The position numbers and the translations under genes were made by a program. The notes under the pieces were generated by a model. It ran no database searches. It saw only the letters and a list, made by a program, of their open reading frames with translations, and was not told the origin of the DNA. 64,000 bases of DNA from sequence record SRR31156797_403. One strand, 5' to 3'. Shown one piece after another: positions 49,169-58,743 of this stretch (position 1 is its first letter; every line of letters starts with the position of its first letter).

Positions 49169-50375
49169 AGATTGCAGCAATAATTCCGGCAAAATCAGCT
49201 ATCAGTCCGCAGGTTACAGCATAACGTGTTTTCCGGATTCCCACGGAACCAAAATATACGGCCAGCACATAAAATGTGGTGTCTGTTGATCCCTGGAAAG
49301 TTGAAGCCAGTCGTCCAACAAACGAATCCGGGCCAAATGTATTCATGGCGTCCACCATCATGCCTCTGGCGCCAGCGCCACTGAGTGGTTTCATAAATGC
49401 AGTGGGAAGGGCAGGCACGAAATCTGCATTAAACCCCGCTGCGCTTACCAGCCAGCCAATCCCTTCAACCAAAAAGTTCATCGACCCTGAAGCACGGAAA
49501 ACTCCGATGGCAACAAGAATTGCAACCAGGTAAGGGATGATTTTTATGGCAATTTTAAACCCGTCTTTTGCGCCATCGATAAACGATTCATAAACGTTTA
49601 CCTTCCGGTAGAGCGCCAGCCCTATAAACGAGATGATGATGGTGAAGAGAATGATATTGCTGGCAACCGATGAAATTACCTCAATTTGATCCTGCGGGAT
49701 GATGCTGAAATACCAGATGACTGAGGCAATTAATAGTGTAAATCCTCCGAGGTAGCCCATCACAACCGGACTGAGCAGGTTTAATTTCTGGAAAAATGAC
49801 ACCGCCAGGATTCCTGCCATGGTCGAAAAAAATGTAGCCAGCAATATGGGAAGAAATATATCTGAGGGATCGGCCGCACCCAGCTGAGCACGGTAAACCA
49901 TAATGCTTATCGGTATCAGTGTTAGCCCGGAAGTGTTCAAAACCAGGAACATGATCATGGGGTTAGAGGCCGTATCTTTTTTCGGATTTAGTTTTTGGAG
50001 TTGATCCATGGCCTTTAACCCAAGTGGAGTGGCTGCATTGTCAAGCCCAAGCATGTTGGCCGCAATGTTCATCAGGATGGAACCCGTGGCAGGGTGATCT
50101 TTGGGGATGTCGGGAAACAACTTCCTGAACAAAGGCCCAACTACTTTGGCCATGATCCTGACCACGCCACCTTCTTCTCCCACTTTCATCAGGCCCAGCC
50201 ATAAGGTCATCACCCCGGTCAGGCCCAGGGAGATCTCAAATCCCAGTTTGGCCATGTCGAAAGTGCTCCCCATCATGTCGGGGAAAACTTGCGTATCTCC
50301 AAAAAATATCAGCCTGATGATCCCAACAACAAAGGCAATCAGAAAAAATGCTATCCAGATATAATTGAGAACCAT
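49143..50375 (-). CDS. SpmA/SpmB fusion membrane protein (nucleoside-recognition Gate domains)
   Basis: ANMLGLDNAATPLGLKAM, KPLSGAGARG, GSTDTTFYVLAVYFG. Confidence 0.9.
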   Translation of the reverse strand: MVLNYIWIAFFLIAFVVGIIRLIFFGDTQVFPDMMGSTFDMAKLGFEISLGLTGVMTLWLGLMKVGEEGGVVRIMAKVVGPLFRKLFPDIPKDHPATGSILMNIAANMLGLDNAATPLGLKAMDQLQKLNPKKDTASNPMIMFLVLNTSGLTLIPISIMVYRAQLGAADPSDIFLPILLATFFSTMAGILAVSFFQKLNLLSPVVMGYLGGFTLLIASVIWYFSIIPQDQIEVISSVASNIILFTIIISFIGLALYRKVNVYESFIDGAKDGFKIAIKIIPYLVAILVAIGVFRASGSMNFLVEGIGWLVSAAGFNADFVPALPTAFMKPLSGAGARGMMVDAMNTFGPDSFVGRLASTFQGSTDTTFYVLAVYFGSVGIRKTRYAVTCGLIADFAGIIAAIFIAYMFFH

Positions 50376-50599
50376 ACTTCACAAAAGTTTGCCGGTAATG
50401 TGCTGTGTTTATTTTGAATTTTCAAAAGTAACAATTATCACAAACGGCCTTTGCATCGAATCCTCAATTGGAAGTTTATTCTTTCAGGATCACAAACATT
50501 TTTGCTTTTAATATGGTCAAATATTCAACCGAGGTGTCTTGAAAAAATTAAGAAAATTAATTTTTGCAAGTGGAAATGATTATCTTGTAACCTCAAGAA

Positions 50600-50616
50600 T
50601 GATTAAAAAATAATCA
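50600..50616. promoter_or_regulatory. Palindromic operator candidate upstream of the DnaE2-like gene
   Basis: TGATTA-AAAAA-TAATCA; partial copy TGATTA-TCTTG-TAACCT at 50577-50593. Confidence 0.45.
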
Positions 50617-50632
50617 AAATAGGGTTTATAAA

Positions 50633-53575
50633 TTGATTCTCAACGCACATTCATATTACAGCCTCCGCTACGGAACGCTCTCCATCGAAGATTTGGTTGG
50701 AATGGCCAAAAAGTTTGGTCATGAGGTTTTGGCGCTTACCGACATCAACAACTCCACCGGCATGATCGATTTTGTGAAAGCCTGCAAAAAGGCTGGCATC
50801 AAACCGGTGGGAGGGATGGAGTTCCGAAAGGACAATAAACTGCTATACACCGGCATTGCCAAAAATAACGAAGGTTTTCGCGAACTCAATGAATTTTATT
50901 CGCACCACAGTTTGCAGAAACTCGAATTACCGGACCAGCCATTTGACTTTGACAATGTATTTGTGGTGTGGCCGTTTACGAATCCACCCGGGCGAAAACT
51001 CAGGGAAAATGAATTCATCGGCGTGAAGCCTTTTGAGGTCCGGAAGATAGTTTCCTCGCCTTTTGTTTCGGATTTATCCAAACTGGTGATCTGGCAATCC
51101 GCAACTTTTCAGGGTGAAAATGGTTACCTGCTGCACCGGAATTTGCGGGCCATCCACCACAACACGCTTTTCACAAAACTAACTGATCAGGATCTGGCAG
51201 GGAAGGATGAAGTTTTTAAAACACCCGATCAGTTAAGGGAGGAATTCGAGACTTACCCACAGATCAACCACAACACCGGAAAGCTGCTTGACGAATGTTC
51301 CATCAATTTTGATTACAAATCCATCAAAAACAAGCGTGACTTTACCGGAAGTGTTTACGATGATAAAATCCTGTTGGAAAAACTGGCCCTCGACGGTATG
51401 GTGTATCGCTATGGAACGGATAACAAAGTCGCGGAACAGCGCATCAGGCATGAGCTTGCGATAATCGACAAATTGGGCTTTTCGTCCTATTTTCTGATGG
51501 CCTGGGATATTGTACGCTACTCGATGAACCGTGGCTTTTACCATGTGGGGCGGGGGAGTGGTGCCAACAGCGTGGTGGCCTACTGCCTTAAAATAACGGA
51601 TGTAGATCCTATCGAACTCGATCTGTACTTTGAACGGTTTATCAACCCCAAACGTACCAGTCCGCCGGATTTCGACATCGACTACTCCTGGAAGGAGCGC
51701 GACGAAGTGATTGATTATGTGTTTAAGCGTTATGGCAAGCTGCACACGGCGTTGATGGGGACTATCACCACTTTTAAGGATCGTTCCCCGATACGGGAGT
51801 TGGGGAAAGTATATGGCCTCCCGAAAGCCGAAATTGATGAGTTGGTGGATTTCCCGGAAAGGCGGCACAACCGCGACAGCGTGACTACACAGATTTTGCA
51901 GATCGCGGGCATGATGATCGACTTTCCCAATATCCGCAGTATCCACGCCGGTGGTATGCTCATTTCCGAAGAACCCATCACCTGCTACACGGCCCTGGAC
52001 ATGCCGCCCAAAGGTTTCCCTACCACGCAGTGGGACATGTATGTGGCCGAGGACATCGGTTTCGAAAAGATGGACATCCTGAGCCAGCGGGGCATCGGGC
52101 ACATCAAGGAGTGCGCCGATATCATCCAGCGAAACCGTGGCGAGGAGGTGGATGTGCACAATGTAAGGAAGTTTAAAAAAGATGCACAAGTGAAGGCCCA
52201 GCTCAAGCGCGCCGAAACCATCGGCTGCTTTTACATCGAAAGTCCGGCCATGCGGGGGCTGCTCACCAAACTGATGTGTGATAACTACCTCACTCTGGTT
52301 GCTGCCAGTTCTATCGTTCGTCCCGGGGTGGCCCGCTCCGGTATGATGCGCGAGTACATTTACCGCTTTCATAATCCCCACGATTTTGACTATTTCCATC
52401 CTGTGATGGAGCAGCAACTCCGCGAAACCTACGGTGTGATGGTGTATCAGGAGGATGTGCTGAAAGTGTGTCACCATTTTGCCGGCCTCGACCTGGCTGA
52501 GTCGGATGTGCTGCGCAGGGCAATGAGCGGAAAAGTGCGTGGAAAAAAAGAGTTTCAAAGAATTGTGGAACGTTTCCACGAAAAGGCAAAGCAACTTGGT
52601 CGCCCCGATGATATCACCAGAGAGGTCTGGCGGCAGGTGGAATCGTTTGCAGGATATGCTTTCTCCAAGGCACACTCTGCCTCCTATGCCGTGGAGAGTT
52701 TCCAGAGCCTTTACCTGAAGGCGCATTACCCGTTGGAGTTTATGACTGCTGTGATCAACAACTTTGGCGGATACTACAAAACATGGGTATATTTTAATGA
52801 AGCACGGCGTTGTGGCGCGAAAATCCAGCTGCCCTGTGTGAACCGGAGTGAGCACAAAACCACCATTTATGGCGATGAGATTTATGTGGGATTTATCCAC
52901 ATCCAGAACCTGGAACATAAGCTGGCCCTGCGCATTGTCGAAGAGCGCCGTATCAATGGAGTGTTTGCTGACCTTGAAGATTTTGTGGAAAGGGTGCATC
53001 CCGGGCTAGAGCAAATCATCCTGCTTATCAGGGTGGGGGCGTTGCGATTTACAGGGATTTCAAAAAGCCGTTTGCTGTGGAATGCACACATCTTTTTTGG
53101 GAAGAGCAAAAAGGAGGTGGTGCAGAATTCGTTATTCAAAGTCCGAAGCCGGAATTTTGAGTTGCCTCAACTTGAGCACAGCAACCTGGAAGATGCTTAC
53201 GATGAAATAGAACTGATTGGTTTCCCGGTTACGCTTACCTATTTCGATTTGCTCAAAACTGAATTCCGGGGTGAGATCAAAGCGCGTGAAATGAAGACCA
53301 GCGTGGGGAAAACTGTACGTATGCTGGGCGAGGTGGTTACGCGCAAGTTTGTGAAAACCAAAAAAGGTGAGATCATGCACTTTGGAACTTTCATCGATGA
53401 CGAAGGAGAGTTTTTCGATACCACGCATTTTCCCAATTCGCTGAAATACTACAATTTCAGGGGCCACGGCATCTACCTCATCCTGGGCAGGGTGGAGGAG
53501 GAGTTTGGCTTTCCCAGCCTGGTGGTGCAAAAGATGGCCAAGCTGCCGATTATGGAAGATCCACGGAATGGGTAA
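50633..53575 (+). CDS. dnaE: DNA polymerase III alpha, short non-replicative / error-prone DnaE2-like type
   Basis: PHP N-terminus HSYYSLRYG, GRGSGANS, PPDFDID, KMDIL, YAFSKAHS, clamp-like QNSLF, OB fold, no tau-binding tail; TTG start. Confidence 0.9.
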   Translation: MILNAHSYYSLRYGTLSIEDLVGMAKKFGHEVLALTDINNSTGMIDFVKACKKAGIKPVGGMEFRKDNKLLYTGIAKNNEGFRELNEFYSHHSLQKLELPDQPFDFDNVFVVWPFTNPPGRKLRENEFIGVKPFEVRKIVSSPFVSDLSKLVIWQSATFQGENGYLLHRNLRAIHHNTLFTKLTDQDLAGKDEVFKTPDQLREEFETYPQINHNTGKLLDECSINFDYKSIKNKRDFTGSVYDDKILLEKLALDGMVYRYGTDNKVAEQRIRHELAIIDKLGFSSYFLMAWDIVRYSMNRGFYHVGRGSGANSVVAYCLKITDVDPIELDLYFERFINPKRTSPPDFDIDYSWKERDEVIDYVFKRYGKLHTALMGTITTFKDRSPIRELGKVYGLPKAEIDELVDFPERRHNRDSVTTQILQIAGMMIDFPNIRSIHAGGMLISEEPITCYTALDMPPKGFPTTQWDMYVAEDIGFEKMDILSQRGIGHIKECADIIQRNRGEEVDVHNVRKFKKDAQVKAQLKRAETIGCFYIESPAMRGLLTKLMCDNYLTLVAASSIVRPGVARSGMMREYIYRFHNPHDFDYFHPVMEQQLRETYGVMVYQEDVLKVCHHFAGLDLAESDVLRRAMSGKVRGKKEFQRIVERFHEKAKQLGRPDDITREVWRQVESFAGYAFSKAHSASYAVESFQSLYLKAHYPLEFMTAVINNFGGYYKTWVYFNEARRCGAKIQLPCVNRSEHKTTIYGDEIYVGFIHIQNLEHKLALRIVEERRINGVFADLEDFVERVHPGLEQIILLIRVGALRFTGISKSRLLWNAHIFFGKSKKEVVQNSLFKVRSRNFELPQLEHSNLEDAYDEIELIGFPVTLTYFDLLKTEFRGEIKAREMKTSVGKTVRMLGEVVTRKFVKTKKGEIMHFGTFIDDEGEFFDTTHFPNSLKYYNFRGHGIYLILGRVEEEFGFPSLVVQKMAKLPIMEDPRNG

Positions 53576-53680
53576 GGGTTTGCAGCCCTACACACAAGGA
53601 AGGGCTCTCAATCCTGATTGCTCTTTTTCGGTTATTTTTGCTACCAGTCAACTAAAGAAGAATTCTGAAAAGAATCAGCT

Positions 53681-54352
53681 ATGAATATCTCAGTCACCAT
53701 CGACCACCGTGAAAAACTATCCGGTTTACCGGGCTTGCTTTCCGATGAAAAAGTGGAATTAATTTATAGAACTTTAAAAGCAGGTGATTATCTGGTGAAT
53801 GATGAAATTCTGGTAGAACGCAAAACGGCAAACGATTTTGCTTTGTCTGTTCTTAGCGGCAGGCTGTTCAGGCAATGCAGCAAGCTAAGGGCTAGTGGCA
53901 AGGTTTGTCTGATGATTGTAGAAGGTGATGTTTTCAACACCCGGCATGATATCAGTTTTGAAGCTTTAAAGGGGGCGCTGCTTTCGGTGATGGTGAGGTG
54001 GCGAATTCCTGTTTATGTGGTAGATGATAAAAAGGAAACAGCACGTGCAATCGTTCGGGTGGGTATGCAAAATATAAAAACTGAACACAATTTTACAGGA
54101 TGGTCGAAAGGTAGCCGTAGAAACCAAAACAGCCAGGTTAATTTCCTGTGTTCGTTGCCGTCAGTGGGGCCTCATCTTGCAAAGCGGCTTCTTGAAACTT
54201 TCGGTTCGGTGGTAAGCATAATCAATGCTTCCGAAAATAAACTGGCAACAGTTAAAGGGATTGGCAAACAAAAAGCCCATAAGCTGTTCACATTTTTCAA
54301 TCTGGATGTTAAAGAGAAAAACAAAAGGTTTCATCATGCAAAATTGCGCTGA
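53681..54352 (+). CDS. Stand-alone ERCC4/XPF-family endonuclease with tandem HhH
   Basis: IDHRE, GDY, VERKTAND, GRLFRQ, IVEG; HhH motifs LPSVGPHLA and VKGIGKQKA; -7 box TATTTTTG at 53633-53640. Confidence 0.9.
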   Translation: MNISVTIDHREKLSGLPGLLSDEKVELIYRTLKAGDYLVNDEILVERKTANDFALSVLSGRLFRQCSKLRASGKVCLMIVEGDVFNTRHDISFEALKGALLSVMVRWRIPVYVVDDKKETARAIVRVGMQNIKTEHNFTGWSKGSRRNQNSQVNFLCSLPSVGPHLAKRLLETFGSVVSIINASENKLATVKGIGKQKAHKLFTFFNLDVKEKNKRFHHAKLR

Positions 54353-54391
54353 TAAAACCTTTTCTGAATTTTGTTTACGTAAGTAGCCAAA

Positions 54392-54766
54392 CTATGGTTT
54401 TGAGGCCTGTTTCGTTTCCTTACCCAACCAGACAAGAATAATAATTTCGAGGCGTGCAATCAGGAAGGAAACCACACCAAATAATGACGAAAGCAGGGTT
54501 AATTTCAACCCACCGGCTACTGCTTGTGGCGCCAGATCGCCCATAGCCTGAACAGTGTCAAAAGCAATGATCAGTCCAAAGGTTTGTCCTAAAAATCCAA
54601 TGGCAAGTGAAAACCATCCAACGGAAACAAGAAGTGAAATGGTTTTTGGGTTGGAGCCCTTTTCTAAAATACCTTTAATAAAGAGTGTGATGATGATGAT
54701 AATCAGGATCACGATAAGATAAGTAAATGGAGCACCATCGTTTAACTTTGAAATAATTGCATACAT
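54392..54766 (-). CDS. Small MotA/TolQ/ExbB-like membrane protein
   Basis: GFLGQTFGLIIAFDTV...VAGGLKLTLLSSLFG; -7 box at 54796-54803 on the minus strand. Confidence 0.75.
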   Translation of the reverse strand: MYAIISKLNDGAPFTYLIVILIIIIITLFIKGILEKGSNPKTISLLVSVGWFSLAIGFLGQTFGLIIAFDTVQAMGDLAPQAVAGGLKLTLLSSLFGVVSFLIARLEIIILVWLGKETKQASKP

Positions 54767-54977
54767 AGCATTTTGTTTTTGGGTGAATAATGATTCAAAA
54801 GTATGGTGCGGTTTTGCTTTAAAATTTTATTTGTGACGAACGGTTGTTTAAGCAACCTTTTCTACAAAAATAGCAAGTAAAAGCGTACTTTCCGTTAAAA
54901 ATGCCGAATACAGGTTAATTCCTGCAATTGGTCTATTAAATCACGAAGATCAATAGATTATCATTAATATTGCCTGA

Positions 54978-56048
54978 ATGAATATGTTACACTTTATCAA
55001 GACCAGGGTATTATTTGTGCACCTATTGTTGTGGGTCGCCGTCTGGTTTTTTTATGTGTATTTCTTTAGTTTCAATTCGGGTAACCGCGAATATGTGATC
55101 TGGTTTGCCAGTTTCCTGTTGCCCATCACGGTTGCAGTCAGCTATTATGTGGTTTATGATCTGATCCCGAAGCATCTGCTCACGCGGCAATATTTTCAGC
55201 TCGCACTCAAATCTTTTTATACACTTGTTTTTTCTTCTTACCTGATCGTTCTGGTGATTATTGGAAGCTATATGGTGCTGACCAATTTTCAGCTTCAGGC
55301 CATGCCTCCAATGGCCAAAAATGTTGTGTCGGTGCTGATTTTGGTTTATATGATCGTTGGAATGGTTTCGTTTTTTAGTGTTTTGAATCATAATTTTAAA
55401 ACTACATCACAAAATAAGGAGCTCCAGAATAAGATACTTTCAGCGCAACTAAAATTGAAGGAACAGGAGTTGTATTATCTGAAAAAGCAAATTCACCCTC
55501 ATTTTCTTTTCAATACCCTGAACACAATTTACGGTTTTGCCCTGGCTCAATCCAAACAAACCCCCGATATCATCTTAAAACTTTCGAACCTGTTGGATTA
55601 TATCCTTTACCAGGTTGAAAAACCGGAGGTGAGTTTAAAAGACGAGGTGATGCATATCAGGGAATATTTGGAACTTGAAAAAATCAGGTTCCAGGATACT
55701 TTGTCCGTGAAAATGGATATTGATGAAATTGATGAGCATATCAAGGTGGCACCCATGTTGCTGATTCCTTATGTTGAAAATGCCTTCAAACATGGGAACA
55801 TTGTGAATGGGTATTTAAGTATTGTAGTGGAATTGAGGTTGAGCAATAGTAAACTGGATTTCATGATTAAAAATACGGTTATGCAGGACGGGGCTGCTTC
55901 AGTTAAGGGAGGACTTGGTTTGGAAAATATCAAGAAACGGCTCCAATTAAACTATGGTAAGCATTACTCCATCAACACTGAGATCGAGCACGGCTGGTAT
56001 AAGGTAAGTCTTTCTATCTTCAATCTAAAGCAACAAAAAAATGACTGA
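54978..56048 (+). CDS. LytS/YehU-type sensor histidine kinase
   Basis: Four TM helices, LKKQIHPHFLFNTLN, YVENAFKHG, GGLGLENI. Confidence 0.92.
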   Translation: MNMLHFIKTRVLFVHLLLWVAVWFFYVYFFSFNSGNREYVIWFASFLLPITVAVSYYVVYDLIPKHLLTRQYFQLALKSFYTLVFSSYLIVLVIIGSYMVLTNFQLQAMPPMAKNVVSVLILVYMIVGMVSFFSVLNHNFKTTSQNKELQNKILSAQLKLKEQELYYLKKQIHPHFLFNTLNTIYGFALAQSKQTPDIILKLSNLLDYILYQVEKPEVSLKDEVMHIREYLELEKIRFQDTLSVKMDIDEIDEHIKVAPMLLIPYVENAFKHGNIVNGYLSIVVELRLSNSKLDFMIKNTVMQDGAASVKGGLGLENIKKRLQLNYGKHYSINTEIEHGWYKVSLSIFNLKQQKND

Positions 56049-56754
56049 GAAAATTCGAAGCATAATCGTTGATGATGAACATGTAGCGCGTGATATTTTG
56101 AAACGTTATCTCGACAAAATTGATTCAATCGAAAATATTGCGCTGTGCAAAAATGCCCTCGAAGCGTTTAAGGTAATCAACAGTGAGCCTGTGGATATCA
56201 TTTTTCTGGACATTAAGATGCCTGAAATTTCAGGGCTGACTTTTGCGAAATCTATCAATAAGAATGTGAAAATAATATTTACCACCGCCTACCGCGACTA
56301 TGCCATAGTTGGTTTCGAACTACAGGCCGTTGATTATCTCCTGAAACCCATTTCTTTTGAAAGGCTGCTCCAATCCATTCAGAAATATCTCAACGAAAAT
56401 AAGTCAGTACAAATCCCGCCTCTGGAAGATGTACCAGTTGAACAACCTGATTATATTTTTGTCAGGTCCGACCGGAAAATGGTAAAGATCGTCTTTAGCG
56501 ATATCCGGTATATCGAGAGTTTGAGCGATTACATCAAAATCTTTTTGGAGAATAAAATAGTGATTACCCGGGAAGCTATTTCCAGCATCGAAGCAAGATT
56601 GCCGCAAAAGAATTTCATCAGGGTTCACAGATCTTTTATCATTTCATACGCCCATATTATTTCATTTACAAATGAGTTTGTTGAGATTGGCGATCAGGAA
56701 ATTCCGATCAGCCGCAGCTATAAGCAGGAAGTGCTAGGGCGATTGACTGGATGA
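56041..56754 (+). CDS. LytTR-family response regulator
   Basis: VDDE, FLDIKMP, DYLLKP, FIRVHRSFI, IPISRSYK. Confidence 0.94.
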   Translation: MTEKIRSIIVDDEHVARDILKRYLDKIDSIENIALCKNALEAFKVINSEPVDIIFLDIKMPEISGLTFAKSINKNVKIIFTTAYRDYAIVGFELQAVDYLLKPISFERLLQSIQKYLNENKSVQIPPLEDVPVEQPDYIFVRSDRKMVKIVFSDIRYIESLSDYIKIFLENKIVITREAISSIEARLPQKNFIRVHRSFIISYAHIISFTNEFVEIGDQEIPISRSYKQEVLGRLTG

Positions 56755-56909
56755 CCGGAATAATTCTACTATGTATTTGATGCTTAAAGGTCTTCCTGTG
56801 TCAAGGGTTTCAAGGTCAGTTGGGGTTAGACTTTAGATCGTATATGCCATCGAAACGTTAGATTGTTTGAATATACAAATCTGTTTTTTTGGTGCTTTAA
56901 CAATTCCAA

Positions 56910-57320
56910 TCACTCGATAAATGGGTTGGTAATCTTTAATTTGTTTTCTATTAATTGGTTGTGCTGGAGATCTTCTGTATAAAGAACTGTACATCCGGCT
57001 TCAAGAGCTGAGGAAATGATAAGGGAATCGTAAAAGGAAAAACCGTAGTTTGAAGCAATCGAACACGCGCTTTGTATCGTTTGTGGGCTATTTATGTAAA
57101 TTTTAAAATTTTCTGTTAATTCATTTAACGATTGTTCAATACTACTCCAGCCCAGCCTGAATTTTTTAGAAAGCGTATTGGAAAATTCTTTAAGAACCTG
57201 AGTGCTGATGATGGCATTTTCACTATTTGATGCAATAATAGCTTTCTGCTTTTTTGCCGGTTCAGTTGCTGAATAGCAATAGATAAGAATATTTGTGTCG
57301 ATAAAACAATTACCTTGCAT
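56910..57320 (-). CDS. PIN-domain (VapC-like) toxin
   Basis: FIDTNILIY, STQVLKE, FSFYDSLI, LYTEDLQH; start ATG 57320. Confidence 0.9.
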   Translation of the reverse strand: MQGNCFIDTNILIYCYSATEPAKKQKAIIASNSENAIISTQVLKEFSNTLSKKFRLGWSSIEQSLNELTENFKIYINSPQTIQSACSIASNYGFSFYDSLIISSALEAGCTVLYTEDLQHNQLIENKLKITNPFIE

Positions 57321-57513
57321 TGGCTTCATCTCGGTAAAATTTGAATCCTGTTGTGTCAAGGTTTAAGGTATCGAAATGCTTCTTTTTCTTATCAGAAATC
57401 CTTTTGTCTTTTGATTTCCTGTATTTGAATTGCAAAAAATCGATAAATGTTTCAAGTTCTTTTTTTGCTTCATCCGAAAGCAGGTTAATGTTTAGAAATG
57501 CCGAATGTTCCAT
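57310..57513 (-). CDS. DUF2281-like antitoxin
   Basis: LSDEAKKELETFIDFLQFKY; 11-nt overlap with the PIN gene; -7 box at 57530-57537. Confidence 0.75.
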   Translation of the reverse strand: MEHSAFLNINLLSDEAKKELETFIDFLQFKYRKSKDKRISDKKKKHFDTLNLDTTGFKFYRDEANAR

Positions 57514-57580
57514 AAGTAATCCTTTTCTACAAATTTAGTAATTATTTAAAATATGAAATACTGAACCGGGATTGCAAAAA

Positions 57581-58429
57581 TTAATCCATAATAATTCCAG
57601 CTTTCATCAGTTCAACTTCCATCTCCTTTTGAAGCTCCTCTGACTTTTGTCTTGCAGTCTCTGCAAAGTCTTTACCTTTTGATGCATAAATAATTCCCCG
57701 TGAAGAATTCACGAGTAATCCGCAGTTTTCATTCATCCCATATTTACAAACTTCCTGCAGGCTACCACCCTGGGTGCCAACACCTGGAACAAGCAAAAAA
57801 TGATCAGGGGTGATTTTTCGGATTTCGGTCAGCATCTCGGCTTTTGTGGCACCAACCACATACATCATATTTTCAGGGCTTCCCCACTGCGCAGAAGTTT
57901 TGATTACTGTTTCAAAGAGCTTTTCTCCGGATTGTAGCATTTGTGTTTGAAAATCGAAAGCGCCGGTGTTTGAGGTGAGGGCCAAAATAATCACCCATTT
58001 ATCTTTGTACCTGAAAAACGGTGTTACCGAATCGCTACCCATGTAGGGTGCCACCGTGATTGCATCAAAATCAAGTCCTTCAGATTGAGGGGCAAGGAAA
58101 GCTTTGGCGTAGCGCTCTGAAGTATTACCAATATCCCCTCGCTTGGCATCAGCAATGGTAAAAACAGATTCCCGGTACTTGTCCAGGTATCGGATGGTTT
58201 TTTCCAGACTTTCCCAGCCGGCTTTTCCCTGGCTTTCGTAAAACGCAGTGTTTGGTTTGTAGGCAACAGCATATTCGCGGGTTGCATCAATGATCTGTCT
58301 GTTGAATTCAAAAACCGGATCAGCAAACTGGTGAAGGTGTTCAGGGATTTTTTCAGGATCTGTGTCCAGGCCAATACATAAACATGATTGCTTCTTTCTG
58401 ATTAAGGATTCGAGTTCGCTTTTGGTCAT
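57581..58429 (-). CDS. pyrF: Orotidine-5'-phosphate decarboxylase
   Basis: LCIGLD, YKPN, DAKRGDIGNT, PYMG, LVPGVG, NSSR. Confidence 0.96.
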   Translation of the reverse strand: MTKSELESLIRKKQSCLCIGLDTDPEKIPEHLHQFADPVFEFNRQIIDATREYAVAYKPNTAFYESQGKAGWESLEKTIRYLDKYRESVFTIADAKRGDIGNTSERYAKAFLAPQSEGLDFDAITVAPYMGSDSVTPFFRYKDKWVIILALTSNTGAFDFQTQMLQSGEKLFETVIKTSAQWGSPENMMYVVGATKAEMLTEIRKITPDHFLLVPGVGTQGGSLQEVCKYGMNENCGLLVNSSRGIIYASKGKDFAETARQKSEELQKEMEVELMKAGIIMD

Positions 58430-58518
58430 GTTATCAAGAATTTGTGGCAAAATTACAATTATCAATTTTATAATTCCTGGGAATTTTTAACAGCAATTGA
58501 ACCTAATGCCAAAATTAA

Positions 58519-58548
58519 TGTTTAATGAATAATTAAAAACATTAAACA
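58519..58548. promoter_or_regulatory. Palindromic operator candidate TGTTTA-N18-TAAACA, copy 1
   Basis: TGTTTAATG-N12-CATTAAACA, perfect 9-bp arms, 9 nt before ATG 58558. Confidence 0.55.
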
Positions 58549-58557
58549 AAACTAATT

Positions 58558-58716
58558 ATGGTAATCAACGTGCAAAGAATCAAGAGAAAGGTTTCAGGTC
58601 AAAACTCCGGTTTGAATATCCCAATGAGGGAATGGTTTAACAGATTTTTCTCAAACCCTGTTAGAAGGAAAGCTTCGATCAGAAAATCGCTCAGGCCTGC
58701 AATGATCATGTATTAG
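58558..58716 (+). CDS. Unannotated small basic protein (52 aa)
   Basis: MVINVQRIKRKVSGQNSGLNIPMREWFNRFFSNPVRRKASIRKSLRPAMIMY*; A-rich initiation region; fills the gap before the SDR gene. Confidence 0.45.
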   Translation: MVINVQRIKRKVSGQNSGLNIPMREWFNRFFSNPVRRKASIRKSLRPAMIMY

Positions 58717-58743
58717 CGAGTTCATTAAGCCGGTTAGAAGATC

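Noticed and set aside
51233-52999. 588-aa antisense ORF inside dnaE
   Set aside because: It lies opposite a highly conserved gene with GC-rich third positions and has no recognisable motif; a typical shadow ORF
53572-53591. Short GTAG-ended hairpin at the dnaE stop
   Set aside because: Imperfect, single copy and unlike the 13059 palindrome; too weak for a REP call
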